Shown in pieces: positions 47,267-56,777 of a DNA stretch of 64,000 nucleotides. Below the pieces are notes generated by a model. The model was given only the letters and a program-made list of their open reading frames with translations. It was not told where the DNA came from and searched no databases. How positions within the stretch are numbered: position 1 is the stretch's first letter; the number at the start of each line of letters is the position of its first letter. Source of the DNA: Parcubacteria group bacterium (GTDB taxonomy: Bacteria > Patescibacteriota > Minisyncoccia > Moranbacterales > UBA2206); NCBI GenBank assembly GCA_041661275.1, contig JBAZUU010000003.1, positions 25,586 to 89,585 of the forward strand. The letters run 5' to 3'. Made by a program: the position numbers and the translations under genes.

Positions 47267-47875
47267 TCAGCGACGTTTGCCGCTGGATTTGCCATGGATC
47301 CTTCTATCTGAATCTTTGATCGCTTGCGCGGGAAACCTCTTGCCATCGATCCGGCAAAACGATAAACCGTAGCCAGTCGACGAGTCGCTGGCACAGCAAT
47401 TGAATTTCTTGTCCACGAAAAGAAGAACCGGCAATTTACAGGCATCGGCTGGTCCGATGTCCAGCAATTCCATAAACTTCTTCTCCGCTTCGGAGCGCGA
47501 TGTTTCGATGTCGATATCCGTAATGATGATTCCGAAAGGATATTTACTGTTTTTGAGAGCATATATTCCATAGCTCTCATTTTCAAAAAGACATGGCTCA
47601 TCGACGTTACAGTCGATAAACTGGCAGAAATCGGTCACCGACACCGCGCCACGGCCGAAATTGAAGTTGACTCTTTCTCCGGTTGGCGCTGGCGTCGGGC
47701 TTTGGGCGCGCTGTTGTTGGCGCGCATTTTCGTTTTCAATAATGGTGCCGAATACTCCGCCGATAATTCCACTAATCGCATTGGCGGTATCCTCATCCAA
47801 TCCAGCCCTGGCAGGTGGCGCCAAAAAGGCGAAACAAAGGGACACAACGAAAAGCACGGTCAAAATTTTTTTCAT
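47267..47875 (-). CDS. Secreted protein (signal peptide, Cys-containing)
   Basis: MKKILTVLFVVSLCFAFLAPPARA signal. GC-rich. Confidence 0.5.
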   Translation of the reverse strand: MKKILTVLFVVSLCFAFLAPPARAGLDEDTANAISGIIGGVFGTIIENENARQQQRAQSPTPAPTGERVNFNFGRGAVSVTDFCQFIDCNVDEPCLFENESYGIYALKNSKYPFGIIITDIDIETSRSEAEKKFMELLDIGPADACKLPVLLFVDKKFNCCASDSSTGYGLSFCRIDGKRFPAQAIKDSDRRIHGKSSGKRR

Positions 47876-48034
47876 GACTCTCTCCTTGTTTATAGGTAGT
47901 AGGAACTATTGAAATGCGATAAAAAATGATCTTTCGACTTTTGCTCAATGTATCACCGCTTGGAAAAAGTGTCAAACGAGACAATCCGTGGTTATGATAA
48001 TTTTAATTTTCTTACGGTTCATAGCCTTGCTTAT

Positions 48035-48105
48035 TTGACGAACACCACTGATTTTCTCTATAATACACTCATGCAGGAACTTTGGTGGAAAAGGACAAAA
48101 AATAT
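48035..48105 (+). promoter_or_regulatory. Promoter (TTGACG-N18-TATAAT) plus partial copy of the repeated RNA element, serving as 5' leader of the DUF4143 gene
   Basis: ttgacg 48035-48040 and tataat 48059-48064. Transcribed sequence acactcatgcaggaactttggtggaaaagg is homologous to 49463 and 55428. The spacer contains the aacaccactgatt repeat core. Confidence 0.45.
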
Positions 48106-48165
48106 GGAATAGAATTTAATAACCTATACTTGACTAAAATATACAATTATAATAAACTATAGTCT

Positions 48166-49434
48166 ATGAAAATAGATAAGGAACAATTAGTGAGAATAAT
48201 CGATTTTTGGCGGGAAAACGCGCGGGAAAATAACCTTTTTGACCGCGATGTTTTGAATGGAATCGATTTGAAAAGCAAAGAAATCATTGATTTGGTCGGG
48301 CCGAGACGAAGCGGAAAATCGTCGGTATTAAAACTGATTATAAAAAAAATGGCGCTGGGAAACGATTTCTTATATCTCAATTTTGAGGATCCGTTTTTTG
48401 TTGAAAATAACAATCCTCAAATAATAGAAGAGTTTGTAAATGTTTACAGGGAGTATTTTGACGCCAAGGTAAAATATCTTTTTCTTGATGAAATACAAGA
48501 AATAAAAAATTGGGAAAAAGCGGTGAGAAAATTAAGAGACGGGGGAAAATACAAAATATTCATAACCGGTTCCTCATCCAAATTATTGAGTCGGGAGCTG
48601 GCAACTCTTCTGACCGGACGGCACCTGTCATATCGCGTTTTTCCTCTTTCTTTTTCTGAATTTCTAAAATTTGAAAAGGTGGAAATAAGGAACAAGCGGG
48701 ATCTGATTCTTAAGGATAAATTGTTGCAAAAGAAATTTGATCAATATCTTGATCAAGGAGGATTTCCTGAACCGGTTTTGGAAAAAAATCATGAGCTCCT
48801 CAAAAATTATTTTTTTGATATTTTGGAAAAAGATATCATGGCTCGCCATGAAGTGAGGGACAGGATAACACTGGAAAAGATGGCTGTTTTTCTTTTGACT
48901 AATTCGGCTAAAATCGTTACCCAGGAGTCTTTGAAAAATAATTTTAATATTTCTTTTGAAACTGTTTCAACTTATCTGGAATATTTCAAAAACGCGTTTT
49001 TATTGTTTGATCTTATGCAATTCTCATATTCTCTCAAAAAACAACAGAAGGCTTTCAAGAAATTTTATGCCGTGGATACCGGACTGGCCGGAAACGTGAG
49101 CTTCAGGTTTTCCGAAGATAAAGGCAGAATATTGGAAAACGCGGTTTTTTTGGAATTAAAAAGAAGAGGCGGTGAAGTCTATTACTATAAGACGAAGGAG
49201 GGGCTGGAAACAGACTTTTATGTGAAAAACTCGGCGGGCGGAAATCTTATTCAGGTTTCCTGGAGTATTAGTGAAAAAGACGTCAAGGACAGGGAGATAA
49301 AAAACATATTCGCCGCCATGGATGAGTCGAAAATAAAAAAAGGTCTGATGCTTACTTATGGGGAAAATGATATAATAAAAAAAGATGGCAAGGAAATAAG
49401 AGTAATGCCGGCGTATCGCTGGATGCTGGAGTAG
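48166..49434 (+). CDS. ATP-binding protein, DUF4143/AAA_14 family
   Basis: Walker A GPRRSGKSS and Walker B LFLDEIQ are typical of archaeal-type ATPase (DUF4143) proteins. Confidence 0.6.
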   Translation: MKIDKEQLVRIIDFWRENARENNLFDRDVLNGIDLKSKEIIDLVGPRRSGKSSVLKLIIKKMALGNDFLYLNFEDPFFVENNNPQIIEEFVNVYREYFDAKVKYLFLDEIQEIKNWEKAVRKLRDGGKYKIFITGSSSKLLSRELATLLTGRHLSYRVFPLSFSEFLKFEKVEIRNKRDLILKDKLLQKKFDQYLDQGGFPEPVLEKNHELLKNYFFDILEKDIMARHEVRDRITLEKMAVFLLTNSAKIVTQESLKNNFNISFETVSTYLEYFKNAFLLFDLMQFSYSLKKQQKAFKKFYAVDTGLAGNVSFRFSEDKGRILENAVFLELKRRGGEVYYYKTKEGLETDFYVKNSAGGNLIQVSWSISEKDVKDREIKNIFAAMDESKIKKGLMLTYGENDIIKKDGKEIRVMPAYRWMLE

Positions 49435-49469
49435 TTCAATTTTATTAATAGGAGTGCTATAATACAACT

Positions 49470-49587
49470 ATGCAGGAATTTTGGCAGAAAAAGATAAAAA
49501 TACATATAATATTTGAGTCGCTGGAGAGTTATAACGAAAGCGTATATTTTTAGATTTTGAAAGCCGTCCATTTGGACGGTTTTTTTG
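49470..49587 (+). ncRNA. Candidate small RNA (copy 1 of repeated element) with own promoter and intrinsic terminator
   Basis: Promoter ttcaat-N17-tataat (49437-49463). Terminator ccgtcc-attt-ggacgg plus ttttttt (49564-49587). About 85% identical to 55435-55551. Confidence 0.45.
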
Positions 49588-49669
49588 TAAAAAAACAGAC
49601 AATTTAGAAGTTGACAAATAAACCAAACAGGTATATAATAACCAGTTATCATAACGTCTTTAAATAACT

Positions 49670-50269
49670 ATGAAAAAGTCAAAAAGAACCATCGAACAAG
49701 ATAAATTTTCAGTGGAAATATTGGATCATAATAGCAAAAGAGTTGTGGATGAATTGGTGTGTCTTGAAGAAAAATGCTTTCCGTTGGAAATGAGAAATCC
49801 TTCGAGTGATGATTATTATTCTGCCGTTCTCAACGACCCGAAAAACATCAGTCTACTTCTAAAATACAAAGGAAAAGTTGTTGGTTTTTTGGTAGCCAAG
49901 GAATATAAGCGAGTTTATGATTCTTTGTCTAACCATGACCCCGATCTTCGGGAAAATAAGAAAAGACTCTTTTATGTCGACCTCATTCAGATCCATCCTC
50001 GCTTCAAAATTAACGGAGGGCTTAGTCTTCTTGTTTCCAAGCTGATTGAAAAGGCTCTGGAAAAAGATCTTCAGGGATTTTGCCTGCATGCTCGAAAGAA
50101 AAATGGATTGAGCCAATTTTTGCAGAAAATTTTTGATTGCAAAAGACTTCACTCTATCGACAACTGGCTGGGATTTGGCGAACAGTTTGATTATCTCGAA
50201 TTTGCTATAAATAAAAAGATCGTAAAAAAAATAATCGGAAAACTCAATCCGATACACGCGCTGAATTAA
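49670..50269 (+). CDS. GNAT-like acetyltransferase family protein (weak)
   Basis: 199-aa ORF with a weak acetyl-CoA-binding-like segment. Confidence 0.3.
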   Translation: MKKSKRTIEQDKFSVEILDHNSKRVVDELVCLEEKCFPLEMRNPSSDDYYSAVLNDPKNISLLLKYKGKVVGFLVAKEYKRVYDSLSNHDPDLRENKKRLFYVDLIQIHPRFKINGGLSLLVSKLIEKALEKDLQGFCLHARKKNGLSQFLQKIFDCKRLHSIDNWLGFGEQFDYLEFAINKKIVKKIIGKLNPIHALN

Positions 50270-50281
50270 TGAATTAAACTT

Positions 50282-51583
50282 ATGCGAATATTAGTTGTTT
50301 CAATGGATGCGTCAGGGGGGGATTTGGCCTGGAGGCTTCAGGAGGAGGGCAATGAAGTGAAAACCTATATCCACAAAAAGGCTCACCAAAAACATTACGA
50401 CGGAATTTTAGAAAATAAAATCAAGGATTGGGAGAAAGAACTTCACTGGGTCGGGAAAAAAGGACTCATTGTTTTTGACTATTCTGGGATGGGCGAAATC
50501 CAGGACAGTCTCCGGAAAAAAGGATATAATGTCGTCGGCGGATGCCGGATCGGCGATCTTCTGGAAGGTAATAGAAAATTTGGACAAAGGATTTTTTCCC
50601 AAGTGGGGATGGAGATAGAAGCTTCCCGGACTTTTTATTGTATTGATGAAGCGATAGATTTTATCCGGAGGAACCCGGCCGCCTGGGTTATCAAACAAAA
50701 TGGCCAGCTGGACAAAGATTTAAATTATGTAGGGAAGCTGGAAGATGGGCGGGACACTATCGCGGTTCTGGAACTTTATAAAAAAATTCTTCCCAAAACT
50801 TTTGTTAATCTGGATCTCCAAAAAAGGATAGACGGAGTGGAAATCGGAGTCGGCCGCTATTTCAACGGCAAGGATTGGGTTGGTCCGATCGAATTCAACA
50901 TTGAACACAAATCACTTTTTCCTGGAGGCTTGGGACCAAAGACATATGAAATGGGAACGATTATGTGGTACTCTGATAATGAGAAGAATAAACTCTACCA
51001 GGCGACAACAGCGAGAATGAAAAAATTTCTCCAAAATATCGGATTTATCGGAGACTTTGAGATAAATTGCATAGTTAGCAAAGATCACATTTTCCCTTTG
51101 GAAGCGACTACCCGTTTTGGCTATCCCGCACTGCAACTGCAGGCTCAATTCCATCAGTCGCCGTGGGGAGAATTTCTTTTGGCTCTGGCCAGAGGAAAAA
51201 AATATGATTTGAAATGGAAAAAGGGGATGGGGATTATAAATCTGGTAGCTGCTCCCCCATTTCCTTATCATGCCAGAGAACCAAGGCAATCTTCCGAGGG
51301 GATGGAAGTGATTATTGATCCAAAAACTTTCAAGCATAAGAGAAAAAATATCCATCTGGAAGAAGTTTATCAGTCAAAAAAGGACGGAAAACTTTATGTT
51401 TCTTCTGAGCAAGGATACGTTCTTCATGTTTCGAGCGTCAAAGACACGCTTTTCGAAGCAAGAGCAGAAGTTTTGGAAATTATAAAAGACATTACTATTC
51501 CCAAAATGTTCTTCCGAAACGACATCGGCGCCAAATTCCTGAACGAAGAAAAACCGAAGTTGAAGAAGTGGGGGTATATTTAA
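50282..51583 (+). CDS. ATP-grasp enzyme, phosphoribosylamine--glycine ligase (PurD)-like
   Basis: MRILVVSMDASGGDLAWRLQEEGNEV resembles the PurD N-terminus (MKVLVIGSGGREHALAWKL). Size 433 aa. Confidence 0.45.
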   Translation: MRILVVSMDASGGDLAWRLQEEGNEVKTYIHKKAHQKHYDGILENKIKDWEKELHWVGKKGLIVFDYSGMGEIQDSLRKKGYNVVGGCRIGDLLEGNRKFGQRIFSQVGMEIEASRTFYCIDEAIDFIRRNPAAWVIKQNGQLDKDLNYVGKLEDGRDTIAVLELYKKILPKTFVNLDLQKRIDGVEIGVGRYFNGKDWVGPIEFNIEHKSLFPGGLGPKTYEMGTIMWYSDNEKNKLYQATTARMKKFLQNIGFIGDFEINCIVSKDHIFPLEATTRFGYPALQLQAQFHQSPWGEFLLALARGKKYDLKWKKGMGIINLVAAPPFPYHAREPRQSSEGMEVIIDPKTFKHKRKNIHLEEVYQSKKDGKLYVSSEQGYVLHVSSVKDTLFEARAEVLEIIKDITIPKMFFRNDIGAKFLNEEKPKLKKWGYI

Positions 51584-51668
51584 ATTTGCTCAATTTTAAG
51601 GGTCGAAGTATTGCGTGATTATTGCGCGATTCTTGCGCGATTCATGAAAATCGTGTATAATAGAGATA

Positions 51669-52723
51669 TGCTAAAACCACAATATAAACTCACCAACAAA
51701 ATACTTAAAAACCTGACGGATATCGCTGAAGCAAAGGGGATTATTGAAAAAGCTAAACTTCTCCCCAGGCACGAACTAAAGCTCAAGCGTCAGGCGATGA
51801 TAAGGATGTCTCATAGTTCCACGGCTATTGAAGGCAATATTTTGGACATCCGCCAGGTTGAGGCTCTCTATGCTAATAAGAAAATAGACGCACCGGATCG
51901 GGATATTTATGAAGTAAAAAACTATTTGGAAGCTCTGAAATATATAGAGAAGTTTGTCAAAAGTGGAAAGCCGATTTCAGTAAAAGTGTTACTCAAAATT
52001 CATTCGCTGGTAACCAACAAAACTTTGCCAGTCGAGCAGTCGGGTCATTTTCGCCAAAGTCCGGTCTATGTCGTCAAAAGAAGATTGGGATTTCCGGACG
52101 AAATAGTTTATGCCGGGCCTGTCGCGGCGAATGTTCCTTATCTTTGTAACGATTTGATTGAGTGGATAAACAAAAGCGAAAAAGAAGAAACAAATCCGGT
52201 TATTGTGGCCGGAGTAACTCATTTGGAAATTGCGGCCATCCATCCGTTCAGCGATGGTAACGGAAGAACGGCCAGAGCTTTGGCTACTTTGATATTATAT
52301 AAGCGAGGCTATGATTTTAGACATTTATTCGCTTTGGAAGATTATTATAATAAAGATCTGCCAAGCTATTACAAGGCCATAAATGTCGGTAAAAATTATG
52401 AAGAGAGAAAGACAGAAATTACCTATTGGCTGGAATATTTTGTGGAGGGTTTTAGAGACGAAATTATGAGCGTCAAAAATCAAGTTACAACACTAGCTCT
52501 TAAAAAGGTAGATAAAAATATTGGAAGTCAGGTGTATCTAACGCCAAAGCAACAGCAGATATTGGATTTTGTTGATCAGCTGGGAAGAATAAAGGTTAGT
52601 GATGTAGTGGATATTTTGAAATGTCCTCAAAGAACGGCTCAGCTGGAACTACAGAAACTCAAAAAGCTGGGGATTATCAAACAAGTCGGTAAAGGTAAGG
52701 CGACTTATTACAAGTTGAAGTAA
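51669..52723 (+). CDS. Fic family protein with C-terminal winged-helix domain
   Basis: HPFSDGNGRTAR Fic motif. Start ATG 51669 (MLKPQYK) is preceded by tataat and a triplicated ttgcgcgatt repeat. Confidence 0.75.
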
Positions 52724-52791
52724 AAATATGCGAGAAGTTGCTTATTGCAGGGCTGCTATTTTTCAGTAGAATTAATATAAAAGTGCGAGAT

Positions 52792-53542
52792 AAAAGGGGT
52801 CAAGTACCTTTTCTATCAAACAGTAATATGAGCAATATGATATACTCAACACATGGCTAGAATTCCAAGAAATCCAATAGGTGATGTTGCCTATCATGTG
52901 CTTAATCGTGCCAATGGGCGAGAGCAGATTTTTAATAAAGAAAAAGATTACGAAGCTTTCATAAAAATCATTCAAGAAGCCAAGGAAAAATATCCAGTGG
53001 ATATTTTTACCCTTTGCCTCATGTCCAATCATTGGCATTTTTCTTTGAGTGCCAAAAAAGGAGAAAATATTTCCAATTTCATGCGCTGGGTAACTCACAC
53101 CCATACTCAACGTTATCATTCCCATTACAAAACTATCGGTTACGGCCATCTCTATCAGGGTAGATATAAATCTTTCCCTATTGAAAAAGATAACCATTTT
53201 CTCCAAGTTTGCCGCTATATTGAAAGAAATCCGATCAGGGCTGGATTAGTAAGAAAAGCTCAGAATTGGAAATGGTCAAGTCTTTGGATAAGAAAAAATG
53301 GAACCAAAGAACAAAAAGCATTATTATCAGACTGGCCGGTAGAAATGCCGATTGGATATCTGGAATGGGTTAATGTTTTAGATAAAAACGAAGAAGACAA
53401 GCTAAACAAAATACGATATGCTCTCAAAAGAGGGTGCCCCTATGGCGAAGATAGCTGGGTTAAGAAAACAGCAAAAAAACTAAACTTAATTTCCACATTA
53501 ATTCCCAGAGGCAGACCGAAAAAAGGTACCTGACCCCTTTTT
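52792..53542. mobile_element. REP-RAYT-REP unit: IS200-like HUH Y1 transposase gene flanked by inverted REP-like hairpins
   Basis: Left aaaaggggtcaagtaccttttc (52792-52813). Right gaaaaaaggtacctgaccccttttt (53518-53542) is its imperfect reverse complement. Each is itself a small hairpin. Confidence 0.55.
52853..53533 (+). CDS. REP-associated tyrosine transposase (RAYT) / IS200-like Y1 HUH transposase
   Basis: HuH motif LMSNHWH and catalytic Tyr region YQGRYKS. 226 aa with a C-terminal extension typical of RAYTs. Confidence 0.65.
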   Translation: MARIPRNPIGDVAYHVLNRANGREQIFNKEKDYEAFIKIIQEAKEKYPVDIFTLCLMSNHWHFSLSAKKGENISNFMRWVTHTHTQRYHSHYKTIGYGHLYQGRYKSFPIEKDNHFLQVCRYIERNPIRAGLVRKAQNWKWSSLWIRKNGTKEQKALLSDWPVEMPIGYLEWVNVLDKNEEDKLNKIRYALKRGCPYGEDSWVKKTAKKLNLISTLIPRGRPKKGT

Positions 53543-53554
53543 CTCTCTCCCCAA

Positions 53555-53720
53555 GAAAGCTATCATAGAGGCGTTGAAAAAAAGCGGTATTAAAAAAGGA
53601 GAAAAACTGTATGATTTAGGTGCGGGAAATGGAAGGATTTTAGTGATTGCTGAAAAAGAATTTGGCTTAAAATCAATTCTGTCCAAATTTGTTAGGATTG
53701 ATACTAGTGTATGTTTAATT
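53555..53720 (+). pseudogene. Class I SAM-dependent methyltransferase N-terminal fragment (motif I) with no start and truncated after about 55 codons
   Basis: Translation KAIIEALKKSGIKKGEKLYDLGAGNGRILVIAEKEFGLKS contains the DLGAGNG SAM-binding motif. Confidence 0.35.
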
Positions 53721-53858
53721 TAATTTTGCTGATTAATAAGTTACAAATAGGCCTGTTTATTAAACTTTATTTATTTTTTCGACCATCGAAATTAAATTAA
53801 TAACGCACTAGTCCTATAATTATTGTTAAATTCAATAAATATTATTACAATCATCAAT

Positions 53859-55181
53859 ATGCCAAATGAAATATACGCAGGTCACATCTATCCAAACGAA
53901 CTTCTTCGTCCTCCTAAAGATAATATTCCTTCATTAGAACACGTATATTTTGTTGTAGGTACAGTTATGAGTGACATTGGTAAAGGATGGCTTTCAGGTT
54001 CGATAGCTAGTACTTTAGATAATCCCCTGATAATAAAAATAGATCCGATGCTAAATCAAAGTTTTCCTGAAAACGTAGGTATCCCTATGGACAATACACA
54101 CGTAACAGATGACTTTAAAACATATCAGCGTTTAGGATTAGAGACAAAAGTTGATAACAATATCGTAATGGGACAGATATGGAGAGAATATCTAAGTCAT
54201 TCCCAAATTCCTATGCAGATAACCGAAGGATCAATTAAAAAACAGACTTATGCGGATGTGGCGGATTATTTTTCAGATAAACTACTCAATATGATTAAAT
54301 CATCTCATGCTAAAAATGTTGTAATTGAAATTGGAGGTACGCCAGTAGATTCAGAACAAGATGTACTTCCATCCACTTTCCGTTTAATGGGGATCAAGAC
54401 GAATGTTGTACCTGAGCTCATTCTTCTCTCATATTTTGAAACGAGAGAGGATAATGCTAACGATGGGAAAAAAGGTTTGAAAACTCAAATTATTCGACAA
54501 GGAATACGCGATGCAACCACAAAATATGCAGGATTACCATTAAAATCTGTATTTGTACGAAGAAGGCGCGTTTCCGAGTCAATTGTGTCTGTATCATTGC
54601 AGGATGAATTATTGAGGGTGGCATATGAGACACAAATATCTCCACAAAAATTAACACTTCTTGAAAATTATCAAGATGTTACAGAATTAATGAAATATAT
54701 ATCGGAATCTGGTATTTTTAAAGAAATTGATAAACCACTGATGGTTAGTGCATGTATCTTGGGAATACCATGTAGGTTTGATGGAGCATCAAAACCAGTG
54801 GGAGATCGAAAAATGAATGTTATTTTATCAAATGGATCTGCTTTAATTTTATGTCCTGAAATATTAGCAGGTTTACCCACACCAAGAGGACCGTATAATA
54901 TAACTTCAGGTAGTGGAGAAGATGTTTTAAATGGAATTGCAAAAGTAGTTGATAACGATGGAAATGACGTGACGGATCTATTTATAAAAGGTGCAGTAGC
55001 AACATTAAAAGCACTTATGAATAGGGGTATTAAAAAAGCATATTTACGTGAAGGTAGTCCATCATGTGGAATAAATAGAATTACTACAAAATTGGATGGA
55101 AAAGTATCTGCTATGGGTGTAACGACTGCTTTACTACAACGCTGGGGTATAGAGTGCATCTCATCTGATGCAGTTGTTTAG
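53859..55181 (+). CDS. Fusion protein: CTP synthase N-terminal (amidoligase)-like domain plus DUF523 (TudS-like, Cys-rich) domain
   Basis: N-terminus VYFVVGTVMSDIGKGWLSGSI, IIKIDPMLN and VVIEIGGTPVDSEQD parallel CTP synthase motifs. C-terminus ACILGIPCRFDGASKP...ILCPEILAGLPTPRGP matches DUF523. AT-rich codon usage. Confidence 0.45.
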   Translation: MPNEIYAGHIYPNELLRPPKDNIPSLEHVYFVVGTVMSDIGKGWLSGSIASTLDNPLIIKIDPMLNQSFPENVGIPMDNTHVTDDFKTYQRLGLETKVDNNIVMGQIWREYLSHSQIPMQITEGSIKKQTYADVADYFSDKLLNMIKSSHAKNVVIEIGGTPVDSEQDVLPSTFRLMGIKTNVVPELILLSYFETREDNANDGKKGLKTQIIRQGIRDATTKYAGLPLKSVFVRRRRVSESIVSVSLQDELLRVAYETQISPQKLTLLENYQDVTELMKYISESGIFKEIDKPLMVSACILGIPCRFDGASKPVGDRKMNVILSNGSALILCPEILAGLPTPRGPYNITSGSGEDVLNGIAKVVDNDGNDVTDLFIKGAVATLKALMNRGIKKAYLREGSPSCGINRITTKLDGKVSAMGVTTALLQRWGIECISSDAVV

Positions 55182-55434
55182 GACATATATGGATAATTCA
55201 GTAATACTTTGTAGCGCATGTTTGGGATGGAAAACATGGTGTTTTTGCAGTAGCTACTAGCGAGAAAATAACTAGCTCGGTCACTTTCTCGTTAGAACCT
55301 ACCGTATGGCAAGAGCCAAGCTATCCAGAGCCAGGAGAAATCGTTCTTCTTGGTAATCTTCGTAAGAAGCGGGCTTGATCAAAAATGAGCCACATGTGTT
55401 TGACTAACAGAGCTTGTTTTTCGTATAATACACT

Positions 55435-55551
55435 TATGCAGGAAATCAGGAATAAGAAGATAAAAATACATACAATATTCGAGTCGCTCGAGAATCAAAA
55501 CGAAAGCGTATATTTTTAGTTTTTGAAGGCCGTCCATTGGGGCGGTTTTTT
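55435..55551 (+). ncRNA. Candidate small RNA (copy 2 of repeated element) with promoter TTGACT-N18-TATAAT and intrinsic terminator
   Basis: ttgact 55399-55404 and tataat 55423-55428. Terminator gccgtcc-attg-gggcgg plus ttttttt. Its G-U replaces the A-U of copy 1, keeping the stem. Confidence 0.45.
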
Positions 55552-55573
55552 TGTCGGAAAAGATTGAGGATTG

Positions 55574-55860
55574 ACCCCGCACTAACTTTTGTTTGTTATG
55601 CATTACGTTTATATTATACAGAATGAATTAGCCGAATTATATTATGGTTGTACCGGTAATCTTAAGAAAAGATTTTTTGAGCATAACAACAATAAATCCT
55701 TTTCTACCAAAAGTCATAAGTGGAAACTGATCTATTACGAAGCATATACGGCCGAGGAAGACGCATGGAATAGAGAAAAACAGCTAAAGCAATATGGCCA
55801 AGCCCTGGGTCAGTTGAAAAGGAGACTTAAAAAATCTTTGAACAAAAGTTAGTGCGGGGT
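55574..55860. repeat. Perfect 20-bp inverted repeats (accccgcactaacttttgtt / aacaaaagttagtgcggggt) bracketing the GIY-YIG gene
   Basis: 55574-55593 and 55841-55860 are exact reverse complements. The right copy contains the stop codon. Confidence 0.6.
55598..55852 (+). CDS. GIY-YIG nuclease family protein (UPF0213/YhbQ-like)
   Basis: YVYIIQNE...YYGCTGNLKKRFFEHN is the GIY-YIG motif with conserved R and E. Confidence 0.65.
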   Translation: MHYVYIIQNELAELYYGCTGNLKKRFFEHNNNKSFSTKSHKWKLIYYEAYTAEEDAWNREKQLKQYGQALGQLKRRLKKSLNKS

Positions 55861-55927
55861 TGACAAACGGCCTTTTGCGTAGTATTATATCTAGTCAACT
55901 AAAACCGTTTGCTTTATAGAAAATATA

Positions 55928-56752
55928 ATGGAAATTTTTGAAAATAAAACAATACAGACTAAGGAGATGCTGGATTTTCATCTGGACATTAAAAAACTAA
56001 GGGAAATTCCAGTCGAAATTGATAGTTGGGCGTATAAGCAGGTAGGCAAGAAAAATGACGGGTCGTTTAAGGATAATTATCAGAATCTGGAAGTCAGGGA
56101 ATGCGGAGAAAGCCTGGTTGATATAAGCGATTTTAATTTATCAAATAAAGATTATTATTTTCAGAAGTTTTCTGGAGAAAAAGAAATTTTGGCCAAAAAA
56201 CTAGTTACCGAAAAAGTTTTTCTCAGAAAAAGTCATGCTGAACGATTAGCCAGGGCGGATAAATATTTTCGAGAAAGAGGACTGTATATTAACATTGTTT
56301 CGGGCTGGCGGCATCCAGAGTTTCAAAAAATAATCAAAGAAGAATATGCGAAAAAATTTGGACAAGAAAAAGCGGATAGATTATTTGCTTCTGTTGACAG
56401 AAGAGTTCCAGCTCCGCATTCCACAGGCGCTTCCTTTGATGCTGAGTTACGAGATTTATCCTCAAGTAAAAAGATAAAAATGAACGTTTGTTTTAATAAC
56501 GAAGTGATTCATGGCCTGTATTGGGCAGAAGAACTATTAAAAGAAGGGAAACTCGATAATATTAGTGCGGAGGCTGTGAGAAATCGAAGAATTCTTTATC
56601 ATGGCTTGTGTTCAAAAGGCGTGGTTTTTGAAAAAAAAGAAGATCTCTTTGTTGCCCATCCGGGGGAATACTGGCATTATGGCGATGGCGATACATTAAG
56701 CTCCTTTTTAAAGAAAAAAAAGTTTATAAAATACGGCATAGTTTATCCGTGA
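55928..56752 (+). CDS. M15 family D-Ala-D-Ala dipeptidase (VanX/DdpX-like)
   Basis: SGWR...PHSTGASFD...EYWHYGDGD follows the VanX zinc-binding pattern (SxHxxGxAxD, WEWWH). Confidence 0.6.
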   Translation: MEIFENKTIQTKEMLDFHLDIKKLREIPVEIDSWAYKQVGKKNDGSFKDNYQNLEVRECGESLVDISDFNLSNKDYYFQKFSGEKEILAKKLVTEKVFLRKSHAERLARADKYFRERGLYINIVSGWRHPEFQKIIKEEYAKKFGQEKADRLFASVDRRVPAPHSTGASFDAELRDLSSSKKIKMNVCFNNEVIHGLYWAEELLKEGKLDNISAEAVRNRRILYHGLCSKGVVFEKKEDLFVAHPGEYWHYGDGDTLSSFLKKKKFIKYGIVYP

Positions 56753-56777
56753 TTTAATAAATTATAAGCTAATAATT

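Noticed and set aside
49356-49652. Minus-strand ORFs 49356..49652 and 55379..55603 across the repeated element as protein genes
   Set aside because: They run antisense through a promoter, a conserved core and an intrinsic terminator whose stem shows a compensatory change. An RNA element explains the data better, although the conserved peptide MDGxQxLKIYAF... is kept as an alternative.
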